Part shown: one piece after another, positions 17,897 to 27,038 of the stretch
Layout: each line of letters begins with the position of its first letter
Position numbering within the stretch: position 1 is the first letter of the stretch
Assembly (NCBI GenBank): GCA_943788915.1
Contig: CALSSD010000009.1
Span: 62,001 to 126,000, forward strand
Length of the DNA: 64,000 bases
Direction of reading: 5' to 3'
Origin: an uncultured Acidimicrobiales bacterium
GTDB lineage: Bacteria > Actinomycetota > Acidimicrobiia > Acidimicrobiales > UBA10347
The notes under the pieces: generated by a model
Database searches by the model: none
What the model was told of the DNA's origin: nothing
Seen by the model: only the letters and a program-made list of their open reading frames with translations
Position numbers and translations under genes: made by a program

Positions 17897-20581
17897 ATGG
17901 CTCGAAGGTTACGTAATGGCAAAGTGGTGGTAGGGCTTGGTCTTGCTTTGGCGGTGCTCTTGTCAAGTTGTTTCGGCGGCGGCGAAAGTCATGTCGTCAC
18001 GACGCAACCCACACCTCAACCTCTCTATGAACCAGCAGGGTCCGCAGGTCTTGACTCGTTCTTCCCGCTCTCTGAACAGATCGAGATGGCCGTGGCCGGC
18101 GGCACTACCCAAACCCCGGTTGCTGGTGCGCCGTCCGCAACCGGGACGCCGCCGCCCGCTGGCACTCCCGCTGACCCCTCAAACCTGACTCCAGTTGGGG
18201 TGAGCCGTCCGAGCGACCAGCAAATCAAGAGCGGCCTCTACGGTGGCACCGTCGAGAACACGTGTAATGCCGAGCAACTGATCCAGTATCTGCTCGACAA
18301 CCCGAGCAAGGGCCAGGTCTGGGCCGATGTGCAGGGCATCAGTTTCGACCAGCTCCCCACCTACATCAACTCGCTTCGTCCAAGGGTGCTGGCTTCCGAC
18401 GTGCAGGTCCTAAACCACGGCTACGACAAGAAGGGCCATGCAATTCCGATCGTCAGCACGCTTGCGGCCGGTACGGCGGTCTTCGTCGATCAAAATGGTG
18501 ATGTGCGGGCGCGTTGTTACTGCGGCAACCCAATCGTGCCTTACGATCCTCCTGCGTATCAGCCGCCGAAGTGTCTCAGCTATTACGCCGTCGTCTATGT
18601 GTCACCTTCGGAGCGCACGGTCATCCAGGGTGTGCCTCGATTTGTGCAGGCGACCAACAACGTCAGCAAGTACGAGAGCGTCAATTGGACCGAGATAACT
18701 TGGGGTGGCGCAACCGGCTGGGTTCGCACCGACCATGCACAAACGAGATATTGCAAACCCATAGTCAAGGTTGATTGTGTCGCTTTTGCGCAAGTCACGC
18801 TTCAACCCAACTCCACAACCTACGTGGGTGAACTCACCAACGCGTTTGTATCTGTCTACGTCGCAAACGCTGACGGATGGACGTTGATCGGCTTCGGCGG
18901 CTATAGCGGCTGGGTACCGACCAACACGATGGGTGGTCAGGGGTGCACCTACCAGGTCTCTTGTGTATCAGCGTCCAACGGCTCGTGGAGCGAACCTGGC
19001 TACCGCGGTGTGCAATACGTCGCGCCCAATCAACCCCAACGGCTTGAATACACCGGCCACTCCTACATCGACACGACCGGCACCTACCTCGAGGCGTACC
19101 TGACATCCCCGGCCCCAACCCGTATCGCGTGGGTGAAAGATACCGATGTCAGCCCGCGCGTCGAGACCGACTGTGCAGTATCGCTCAGGTGTAGCCGGTT
19201 CGATGTCGACGCTGCTGTGTACCGAGAGTCAACCGGCAGCGACAGTTTTGGCGTGTTGTGGTTCAGCGAAGTGCAGATCGCTACGCCTCCGACCAACGGT
19301 CGCTACGGAATCCAATTCGGCGGCATCACGGGCTGGGTCGATATCAGTGACTTGCAGGGCTATGGGTGCGACGGCACAATCGCCTGTATCTCCATCTTGG
19401 CCAAGATCTACAACTCGCTGCCAGACTCCAACGGTGACCGTCCTGGTCCCCAGGGTCCAATCACGGCCGACTTCACCGGACGGATTGCGGTAACCGACGC
19501 CAAGACTTTCCGTGAATTCACCTCGCCGCAGGTCAGTGGGGGCCCCGGATGGCTCGACGGATCCGTTGGGTACATGAGCATCGACTACGGCCTCTGTAAC
19601 CTGGCGCCAGTCTGCGAAAAACCCTATGTTCCGACAACAACAGGCGGATGCGGGTGGCCTCCAACCTGTCCCGGCGGTGACCCAATCCCGACATTCGGCG
19701 GCTGTTGTCCAACAGAAGGCATATACGAAACCAGTCCTGACGAGTGTCAGCGATGCCCTGAGTTTGTAACACCTTCACTGACGGAACTTGTTAATGACAG
19801 CGACGCGTTCCCGAACGACTGTTGCCCGGGCCAGTATTTCGAGAACAACAGTTCATGTGTGCGCCAATGCATCGCGGTTGGTGAAGGCGCTCTCTACGAC
19901 AGTGGCGGTCAGATCATTGGACAATATGGCCCAGGAGATCCACTTCTGATCGGCGGTCAGGCAACGGTTCCCGGGGTTGGCATTGCCATCGAGGCAACTG
20001 TCGGCGGACTAACCGGCTATATCGATATTTCCAGCGGCCGTCAGCTCTGCACAACAGGATCAACGGCCCCCACTCCGGTTCCTGTGGCCTCACCGACACC
20101 AACTCCGGTTCCTGTGGCCTCACCGACACCAACTCCGGTTCCTGTGGCCTCACCGACACCAACTCCGGCTCCTGTGGCCTCACCGACACCAACTCCTACC
20201 CGCACGACCGTGGCCCCGACAGGATGTACTGCTCCGCAAGTTGAGTTGACCCTCAATGGATCAACCCGTTGTCAGTCCGAGGCAGTCTGCCTCTCTCAGG
20301 GCTTCGACTGGGAGGTCACCGACGGCAAATGTGTCCAGCTACCACCGTGCAAGAGGGGTTTTGGCTACCTCGACAACTCTGGCGCCTGTAGGCCCTTGTG
20401 CGAGTCGGGGTACGAGTACAGCTCCGAGTTCGGCATTTGTGTGACAACCGGTTTCGGATGCCCCTACCCCGAACTCGATTTCCTAGATGACGGCTATAAC
20501 TTCTGTTTTACCCGCACCGACTGCGTAACCAACGGCTACTACGTACTCCCACCCAACTGCCAATACGAACCATCAAACTAA
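17897..20581 (+). CDS. Large Cys-rich lipoprotein: DUF6777 domain, SH3b-like repeats, PT repeat and Cys-rich C-terminus
   Basis: Lipobox LLSS-C. GLYGGT...C...NHG...GTAVFVD..G..RARCYCGNP resembles DUF6777. Repeated (W/Y)..I.FGG..GW(V) modules. Confidence 0.75.
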   Translation: MARRLRNGKVVVGLGLALAVLLSSCFGGGESHVVTTQPTPQPLYEPAGSAGLDSFFPLSEQIEMAVAGGTTQTPVAGAPSATGTPPPAGTPADPSNLTPVGVSRPSDQQIKSGLYGGTVENTCNAEQLIQYLLDNPSKGQVWADVQGISFDQLPTYINSLRPRVLASDVQVLNHGYDKKGHAIPIVSTLAAGTAVFVDQNGDVRARCYCGNPIVPYDPPAYQPPKCLSYYAVVYVSPSERTVIQGVPRFVQATNNVSKYESVNWTEITWGGATGWVRTDHAQTRYCKPIVKVDCVAFAQVTLQPNSTTYVGELTNAFVSVYVANADGWTLIGFGGYSGWVPTNTMGGQGCTYQVSCVSASNGSWSEPGYRGVQYVAPNQPQRLEYTGHSYIDTTGTYLEAYLTSPAPTRIAWVKDTDVSPRVETDCAVSLRCSRFDVDAAVYRESTGSDSFGVLWFSEVQIATPPTNGRYGIQFGGITGWVDISDLQGYGCDGTIACISILAKIYNSLPDSNGDRPGPQGPITADFTGRIAVTDAKTFREFTSPQVSGGPGWLDGSVGYMSIDYGLCNLAPVCEKPYVPTTTGGCGWPPTCPGGDPIPTFGGCCPTEGIYETSPDECQRCPEFVTPSLTELVNDSDAFPNDCCPGQYFENNSSCVRQCIAVGEGALYDSGGQIIGQYGPGDPLLIGGQATVPGVGIAIEATVGGLTGYIDISSGRQLCTTGSTAPTPVPVASPTPTPVPVASPTPTPVPVASPTPTPAPVASPTPTPTRTTVAPTGCTAPQVELTLNGSTRCQSEAVCLSQGFDWEVTDGKCVQLPPCKRGFGYLDNSGACRPLCESGYEYSSEFGICVTTGFGCPYPELDFLDDGYNFCFTRTDCVTNGYYVLPPNCQYEPSN
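20071..20196 (+). repeat. 30-bp coding tandem repeat x4.2 (TPVPVASPTP)
   Basis: aactccggttcctgtggcctcaccgacacc repeated with at most one mismatch per copy and no spacers. Confidence 0.95.
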
Positions 20582-20776
20582 GTGGTACGCGAAGACGGTT
20601 ACAACCCAGGATTCGGCGCAGCCGAAGGCGGCTGCTACACACCTAACTTCTGCCCCTACCCCGAATTCGATTTAACTGATGGTTTCAATTACGCTTGCTT
20701 GTGTATTGAACGCAGCCAATGCGTAACCGAGGGTTACTACGTACTCCCACCCAACTGCCAAAACCCTTTCTCATAG
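20582..20776 (+). other. In-frame duplicate of the lipoprotein's terminal Cys-rich module, lying after its stop codon
   Basis: CPYPEFD...CIERSQCVTEGYYVLPPNCQ versus CPYPELD...CFTRTDCVTNGYYVLPPNCQ. It starts immediately after the TAA in the same frame. Confidence 0.75.
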
Positions 20777-20890
20777 GGATGAGAACAAGAGCCTGGAGTG
20801 CGCCGCTGACCACGCATCAGCGAACCACGTGGTTGGGTCGAATCTGAGGCTCACGCCTAGGGTCGGTTCACGACATCAAGGGGGATTCCA

Positions 20891-21760
20891 GTGAAGTTTG
20901 GACTGCGTTATTGCAACACCGGGCCATATGTGCACGCTGCTGCTGCCACCGAGCTCGTGCAAGCGGGCGAGGCAGCCGGCTTTGACACGGCATGGACAAT
21001 CGAACACACCGTGGTACCGGCTAACTACAAATCGCCGTATCCGTATAGCCCGTCCGGGAAGATGGCTGGCGGGGTCGATGACCTCGACTTGCCGGATCCC
21101 CTGATCTGGATGACGTACATGGCGGCCGTCACCTCAACCATCAAGTTCGGCACCGCGGTCCTGATCCTGCCCCAACACTCGCCGGTCGTAACCGCAAAAC
21201 AGGTCGCCACACTCGATCATCTTTCGGGCGGACGGGTCCTACTCGGTATCGGCGTTGGGTGGATGCGAGAAGAGTTCGATGCCATCGGGGCATCGTTCGA
21301 CGACCGAGGCGCCCGCACCGATGAGTACGTGGCTGCCATGCGCGAACTCTGGACTGCCGACAGTCCGACCTTCCACGGCCAGTTCATCAACTTCGACAAC
21401 ACCTACTGCCGACCACAACCAGCTCAGGGGTCGGTCCCGATCATCATCGGCGGCGACAGCAAGATCGCAGCCCGTCGCGCTGGCCGGCTAGGCGACGGCT
21501 ACTTCCCCGCTAGGGGCGCACCTCAGGAGCTGTTCGACCTCGTTCGTTCAACAGCCGAAGAACACGACCGCGATCCCGACGCCATCGAGTTCACCGCAGC
21601 GTTACCCGACGACCTCGATGACATCCCCAAGATGGCAGCCCAAGGCATTTCCCGAATCGTCGTGCCGGTGTCGAATGTGACCGGTCTCAGCACCGCTATC
21701 CACAGCCCCGACGACGCGTTGCAGTGGGCCGACACCATCGAGAAGTACGCCGAGATCTGA
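20891..21760 (+). CDS. LLM-class F420-dependent oxidoreductase (Rv2161c-like)
   Basis: EHTVVP, PDPLIW, AKQVATLDHLSGGR, GIGVGWMREEF and ARRAGRLGDG. Confidence 0.9.
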   Translation: MKFGLRYCNTGPYVHAAAATELVQAGEAAGFDTAWTIEHTVVPANYKSPYPYSPSGKMAGGVDDLDLPDPLIWMTYMAAVTSTIKFGTAVLILPQHSPVVTAKQVATLDHLSGGRVLLGIGVGWMREEFDAIGASFDDRGARTDEYVAAMRELWTADSPTFHGQFINFDNTYCRPQPAQGSVPIIIGGDSKIAARRAGRLGDGYFPARGAPQELFDLVRSTAEEHDRDPDAIEFTAALPDDLDDIPKMAAQGISRIVVPVSNVTGLSTAIHSPDDALQWADTIEKYAEI

Positions 21761-21824
21761 CAACAGGCTCACCGCCGATCGCTTGTGACCTTGCCCACTG
21801 GCAGCGAGGAGCAGCGCCCAATCG

Positions 21825-24173
21825 TTAGCCGACGGTGGGATTGATCGGCGCGTTCGCGATCACGTTCTTTGCCGTGAGCTCGACCAACTCAGCATCGGAG
21901 ATACCGAGCATGCCTTGCAGGATCTCGGCGTTGTGTTCACCAAAGAGAGGCGAATGCCGTCGGGGCTGGGGCCGAGAGTCAGCGAACGGCCACGACACTC
22001 CGGCTTGTCGGTAGCTGTGCATCCGAGGATGATGCGTGGTGTGCCAGTAGCCGCGCTCAACGAGGTGTGGATCATCGAGCAGTGTGCGGGTGTTACGCAT
22101 TTCGATCGCAGGGACTCCCGCTTTGCGCAGCACATCCTCGGGGTCTGTCGGTGTTATGACCGACGCGAGCCACTGCTCGATGACAGCGTCGATTTCGTCA
22201 TGACGAGCGCGTCGTTCTTCGACTACCAGACCGGCGAGATCAGATCTACCGATCACCGCACATAACGACGACCAATCGCTGTCGCTTCGCACGCTCAGAA
22301 CTAACCAGCGCTCGTCGTCTGCAATGCGATAACAACCTTGTGGGGCTATCACCACATCGCGATTCCCACGATGCACCGGCGTCGAGCCGTCAGCGGCGTC
22401 GACGAATGCATCACCGATCAACACCGCCGCAGTTTCCCGTTGGGCAAGATCGATGTGTAGGCCCGTACCGGTGGCCATACGACGTTTCAGCGCCAGTGCG
22501 ACCGCTGACGCAGCGAACGTTCCGGCAACCGGGTCTCCGTAGGAAATACCGGTCTTGAACGGTTCCCCATCGCCGTGTCCTGTGAGCGAAGCAAGACCCG
22601 ACAACGTCTCGATCACCGGCCCGAATCCGACAAATGCTGCGTCGGCACCCGTCTTCCCGAACGCAGCCATGCTCACCAGAATGATGTCGGACTTATGGTG
22701 GCGAAGCGTTTCGTATCCCAGCCCGAGATTGTCGAGCACGTCCGACCGGTAGTTCTCGATGACCACGTCGCAGTGCTCCACCAAACGCAGTAGCAGTTCA
22801 CGTCCTTCCTGTTGGGCAAGATCCAGCGTGAGGGACCGCTTGTCACGGTTGTACGCGTTGAAATAGAACCCGCTGTTCCACGGGTCAGCCACATCGTCAT
22901 CCTGAGGAATGAGGGTCCGGATGTTGTCCCATGCTGATGGTGACTCGATCTTTATGACATCGGCGCCCATCTCCGCCAGCCTCAGCGTGGCAAATGGGCC
23001 AGCCCACATCATCGTCAGATCAAGAACCCGCAATCCGGCAAGTGGCAGTTGCAGCGATGAGCTGTCCGATGCTGGAGGTACCAGGGCAGCAGAAGTCGTG
23101 GTCTCTTGCCCGTCCGAGTTCCACGCAAAACCTGGGAACGGTCGGCCCGGAATGCGCAGCGTCGAGCCGTCGACAGCGACAACCTCATCCCAAAAGCCGC
23201 GATCGGCTGGCGTCTCTCCTGCCAGCACATCGGCTGGAGTCATCACGATCCCGAACGGCACCCGCGACTGCAACGAGAGTTCCCGGATCTGGGCCATCGT
23301 GAGATCAGAGAAGAACACGTAGAGCTTCGCAGTGAGTTCTTCCTCGTTCTCCGGAAGTAGTCGAAGCACTGGATCGCTGAAACGTGGTTCGGTCAACTCG
23401 ACATCGTCCATCAGAGTGAACAACGCAGGCACCTGGCGGGCCAAGGCGAACACACCTGCCCAGCCATCAAGGCATGGATAGATGCCCCAGGTTGCACGGG
23501 AGCGGTTACCAAGCCGCAGCTGGGCCGGAGTATCTAGGTACGACGTGATGGGGCCGTAGTACTCCAACATGCCGGCTGCGCACTCCTGCAAGGAAATGTC
23601 GACGAGGTCGCCGCGACCGGTACGAGCCCGACCAAGCCATGCCACGGCTGCCGCCGCAAACGCGTTCGCTCCCCCAAGTGCATAGGCATGCTCACCCCCG
23701 GTCACCAACGGAGGGCGGTCCGCGTCGCCCGTGAGCGACATGATGCCTCCCGCAGCGAACGACACAGCGTTGGTCGTCGGGAGATCGGCATCCGGTCCCG
23801 TGAGCCCGAACGGGGTCACCGAGACAACGATCACTTCGGGGCGAGCCGCGCGCACTGCAGCGAAGTCGAGTCCAAGCAACCCGAGCTCCGACGGTTGTCG
23901 ATCAGTCACGATCATGTCGACTGCCGCCACTCGATCGGCGAGCTCTGATGCCGGTCCGGTAACAACCTCGATTCCGGGCAAGTAGGCAATCCGCTGCGAG
24001 GGCGTGAGGCCGATCGGATGCACAACATCGGTTGGTTCAAAGCGAGTTACGCGCGCTCCGTACCCGTGAAGGAACCGGGCAGCCATTGCCGCGGCAACAC
24101 CACCACCGAGCTCGAGCACGTGTAGATCGTCGAGAACATTTTCGTCAGCCATCCGGCTCGGAGCTTCGCTCAT
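21825..24173 (-). CDS. Double-domain family III CoA-transferase (CaiB/BaiF)
   Basis: Two CaiB modules. The second has LAGLRVLDLTMMWAGP...GADVIKIE, NRDKRSL and YGDPVAG. The first is more degenerate. Confidence 0.88.
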   Translation of the reverse strand: MSEAPSRMADENVLDDLHVLELGGGVAAAMAARFLHGYGARVTRFEPTDVVHPIGLTPSQRIAYLPGIEVVTGPASELADRVAAVDMIVTDRQPSELGLLGLDFAAVRAARPEVIVVSVTPFGLTGPDADLPTTNAVSFAAGGIMSLTGDADRPPLVTGGEHAYALGGANAFAAAAVAWLGRARTGRGDLVDISLQECAAGMLEYYGPITSYLDTPAQLRLGNRSRATWGIYPCLDGWAGVFALARQVPALFTLMDDVELTEPRFSDPVLRLLPENEEELTAKLYVFFSDLTMAQIRELSLQSRVPFGIVMTPADVLAGETPADRGFWDEVVAVDGSTLRIPGRPFPGFAWNSDGQETTTSAALVPPASDSSSLQLPLAGLRVLDLTMMWAGPFATLRLAEMGADVIKIESPSAWDNIRTLIPQDDDVADPWNSGFYFNAYNRDKRSLTLDLAQQEGRELLLRLVEHCDVVIENYRSDVLDNLGLGYETLRHHKSDIILVSMAAFGKTGADAAFVGFGPVIETLSGLASLTGHGDGEPFKTGISYGDPVAGTFAASAVALALKRRMATGTGLHIDLAQRETAAVLIGDAFVDAADGSTPVHRGNRDVVIAPQGCYRIADDERWLVLSVRSDSDWSSLCAVIGRSDLAGLVVEERRARHDEIDAVIEQWLASVITPTDPEDVLRKAGVPAIEMRNTRTLLDDPHLVERGYWHTTHHPRMHSYRQAGVSWPFADSRPQPRRHSPLFGEHNAEILQGMLGISDAELVELTAKNVIANAPINPTVG

Positions 24174-24180
24174 TTGAATG

Positions 24181-25332
24181 TCATGGTCGCTGGGATGCGA
24201 ATACCAGCGTCGAGCACGCGGACCAGAACCCACCCCAGCCGTGGCAGACGGCTACTTCGACGTCCGGCACCTGGGCCGCAGCCTCGCCACGTACCTGTCG
24301 AATCGATTCGAGCATGCACAACATGCCGTAGGCGCCCGTATGGGCGTAACTCATGCCACCACCGCTGGTGTTCATCGGCAGCGACCCACCCGGTCTGGTA
24401 TTACCCTCGGCGATGAACGGGCCAGCTTCGCCGTAGTCGACAAAGCCGAGGCCCTCGAGCCCGAATATTGGATTGTGGGCAAAGGCGTCGTAGATCATGA
24501 GGTGGTCCACATCGGCGTGGGTGATCTGCGCTGCGTCGAAGGCCGCGTGACCCGACGTGCGAATGAACTCGGGCCGGAGCGGATCACGCACGCCTGCTGG
24601 GCTGGAGATCCCCGCTTCCAAGCCACCACCTGAACCAAGCACGTACACCGGCGGTTTCGGAAAGTCCTGGGCCCGGTCCGCAGAGGTCACGATGATCGCG
24701 CCTCCTGCATCGGAGACGAGACAACACATTGCTCGGCGCAGCGGCCAAGCAATCATCGGGGAGCCGAGGACTTCGTCGATCGTCGTGGGTTCACGCAACG
24801 TCGCTCGAGGGTTCAGGCTCGCCCACTCGCGCTGGGCTACCGCCACCGCGGCCAAGTGCTCTTCGGTCAACCCAAACTCTCGCATGTAACGAACGATTGG
24901 AAGCCCAAATAATGCCGGCGCCGCCGCCCCCGCGTAAAAAAGGTCGAACTGCTGACCCAGCGATCCTTTACCCCCACCGCCACTCTGGCCGAGTCGCCGG
25001 GTCGACTTGCCCGACTCGCCGTAGGTGACAAGCACCGTCTCGCAGTAGCCGGCGTTGATGGCGGCGATGGCGTTGCGGAGCTGGAACATCCAGGAACATC
25101 CACCGACCACGGTGTTGTCGGCCCATTTCGGGTAGATACCGAGTGCGTGGCTTACATCGGACACCTCGAGGTAGCCAGTGGTGATGCCATCGATGTCGGC
25201 CGGAGTTAGGTCTGCTTCGGCCATGGCGTTGGCTGCGGCGTTCAGGGCTAGTCCCAGCGATGTCTTGTCGGGGACGGTCCCGATGTCGTCTGACTCGCAG
25301 GCACCGACGATGGCGAAGTCTCCTGGTCTCAT
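24181..25332 (-). CDS. SCP-x/Ltp2-type thiolase-superfamily protein
   Basis: AVAQREWASLNPRA, CCLVSDAGGA, MIYDAF and NTSGGGMSYAH. ATGA overlap with the upstream OB-fold gene. Confidence 0.88.
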   Translation of the reverse strand: MRPGDFAIVGACESDDIGTVPDKTSLGLALNAAANAMAEADLTPADIDGITTGYLEVSDVSHALGIYPKWADNTVVGGCSWMFQLRNAIAAINAGYCETVLVTYGESGKSTRRLGQSGGGGKGSLGQQFDLFYAGAAAPALFGLPIVRYMREFGLTEEHLAAVAVAQREWASLNPRATLREPTTIDEVLGSPMIAWPLRRAMCCLVSDAGGAIIVTSADRAQDFPKPPVYVLGSGGGLEAGISSPAGVRDPLRPEFIRTSGHAAFDAAQITHADVDHLMIYDAFAHNPIFGLEGLGFVDYGEAGPFIAEGNTRPGGSLPMNTSGGGMSYAHTGAYGMLCMLESIRQVRGEAAAQVPDVEVAVCHGWGGFWSACSTLVFASQRP

Positions 25333-25742
25333 GACTGTTGTCCTTTGGGTTCGAAGCACAACACCGTGATGTCGTCAAATGGCACGAAGACGGCTCGCAG
25401 AGGCATGTCCAGGGTGAGTGCCTCGGGTGTTTGTTCACATCCGACCACCGATGAGATCAACCGCGGACCTTCGGCCAGTTCGACGATGGCGACCGAGCGG
25501 GGCCCTTCGGTTCCCCACTGCGGGAGTGGGCGATGGTGGATCACATAGCTGTACAACGTGGCATCGCCGGAAGCATCGAACCACTCGATCTGCTGGCCGA
25601 CGCACGCAGGGCAGACCGGCGCTGGCGGAAAGAAGGCGGTGGAACAATCGCCGCATTGACACAGACGGAGTTTCTCGGCTGCGATGCCGTCCCAGAAGGG
25701 CTGGGTCTCCGGCGTGGGTACCGGTGTGAGTGGGTGAGCCAT
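25329..25742 (-). CDS. Zn-ribbon/OB-fold (DUF35/ChsH2-like) acyl-CoA-binding protein
   Basis: PFWDG, CGDC..FFPP..VCPAC and VELAEGPRL. Confidence 0.9.
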   Translation of the reverse strand: MAHPLTPVPTPETQPFWDGIAAEKLRLCQCGDCSTAFFPPAPVCPACVGQQIEWFDASGDATLYSYVIHHRPLPQWGTEGPRSVAIVELAEGPRLISSVVGCEQTPEALTLDMPLRAVFVPFDDITVLCFEPKGQQS

Positions 25743-25919
25743 GAGGCGACACTACCGATTGGCCCCACCGCGACGACAACCAGCCTCGGAGTATCCCAGC
25801 GACGGCTACTAGCTCGCAGCGATGTGACAGGGCGTGTCGTTCATGCGCCGTGATTGCTGCCATGCTGGGAGCGAACCTGCGGGAGCCTCGTGGGTTGAAG
25901 CCATCACAGGCGACATGAC

Positions 25920-26936
25920 ATGGATCGAACCGGCGCTGCGCCCATAGGTTTGGCGTTGTGGGGCACCGAACCGGTGCGCACGATGGCGGACTATGCCCAG
26001 CTGGCAGAACAGGTCGGTTTCGAAAGCATCTGGCTGGTTGACACACAGCTCATCTGCCGGGAGCTGTATGTCACGTTGGCAGCATGTGCGATGGCAACCG
26101 AGCGATTGAAACTTGCGAGCGGCGTGACCGTACCTGTGACCCGTCACGAAAGTGTTACGGCGAGCGGGCTAGCAACGTTGCAGGAGCTGTCCGGAGGACG
26201 GGCGCTGGCCGGCATCTCAACTGGTCACTCGGCGTTGCGTGACATCGGCGAGCAGCCTGCGCGCATTGCAGACTTGGCCGAGTACGTAGCCAGGGTGCGA
26301 CAACTGCTGGCCGGCGAGTCGACCGTCTTTGGATCTGGCTCCGAAGGGGCGTTGACATGGCTGCCGGAGCCAGCATCGGTTCCGTTCCATATTGCGGCCT
26401 CTGGACCAAGGCTTACGCGGGCTGCTGCTGGCATGGCCGATGGAGTGATTCTGCTGCAGGGGGCGGCGCCTGATCTGGTAGACGACGCCATCGACCTGGT
26501 GCGACAAGGGGCCGCAGACGCCGGGCGGCTAGAGAGCGACGTCGAGAGAACGGTGTGGGTGTACGTGGGACTGCACGATGATCAGGAACGAGCGTATGAC
26601 CAGGTGAGGGCCCGCGTGTCGGCGGTGCTCCGTATGCTCGACCCGGGCCGACTCGAGGGTGACGATCGAGCGGTAGCCGAGGCCGTACGACGTGAGTACG
26701 ACATGTTTGCCCATGCCGACTCGATGCCTAAGCACGCCGCACTCGTGCCCGAACGGCTACTCGATCGATATGCGATAGCAGGAACCCCGGCACAAGTCAC
26801 CGCCCGGATCAGTGCGCTCGCCAACGACGACCGCATTGATCGAGTCGTTGTCAGCCCTCAGATCGGCGCTCCCGGCCAGCCGATCACCAGGGACTTCATC
26901 ACCGGCTTCGGCGAACAGGTTCTTCCCTTCGTGTAG
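25920..26936 (+). CDS. LLM-class oxidoreductase (Mer-like)
   Basis: AEQVGFESIW..D, GVT.PVTRH, TLQELSGGR and IAASGPR. Confidence 0.85.
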   Translation: MDRTGAAPIGLALWGTEPVRTMADYAQLAEQVGFESIWLVDTQLICRELYVTLAACAMATERLKLASGVTVPVTRHESVTASGLATLQELSGGRALAGISTGHSALRDIGEQPARIADLAEYVARVRQLLAGESTVFGSGSEGALTWLPEPASVPFHIAASGPRLTRAAAGMADGVILLQGAAPDLVDDAIDLVRQGAADAGRLESDVERTVWVYVGLHDDQERAYDQVRARVSAVLRMLDPGRLEGDDRAVAEAVRREYDMFAHADSMPKHAALVPERLLDRYAIAGTPAQVTARISALANDDRIDRVVVSPQIGAPGQPITRDFITGFGEQVLPFV

Positions 26937-27038
26937 GAGACAGCACCCCACACAAACACCAGCTGAACTGGAGCGCAGCACGTTACGTTCGACGGTCATC
27001 GCTGTTGAGCTGACGCGAATCTCTGCAACAGTGGTGCA

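Noticed and set aside
20071..20196. CRISPR array
   Set aside because: The 30-bp units are contiguous with no spacers, lie in frame in a CDS as a Pro/Thr linker, and no cas genes are present.
20459..20776. Diversity-generating retroelement VR/TR pair
   Set aside because: The differences between the copies are not restricted to adenines and include an indel. No reverse transcriptase gene is in the window.
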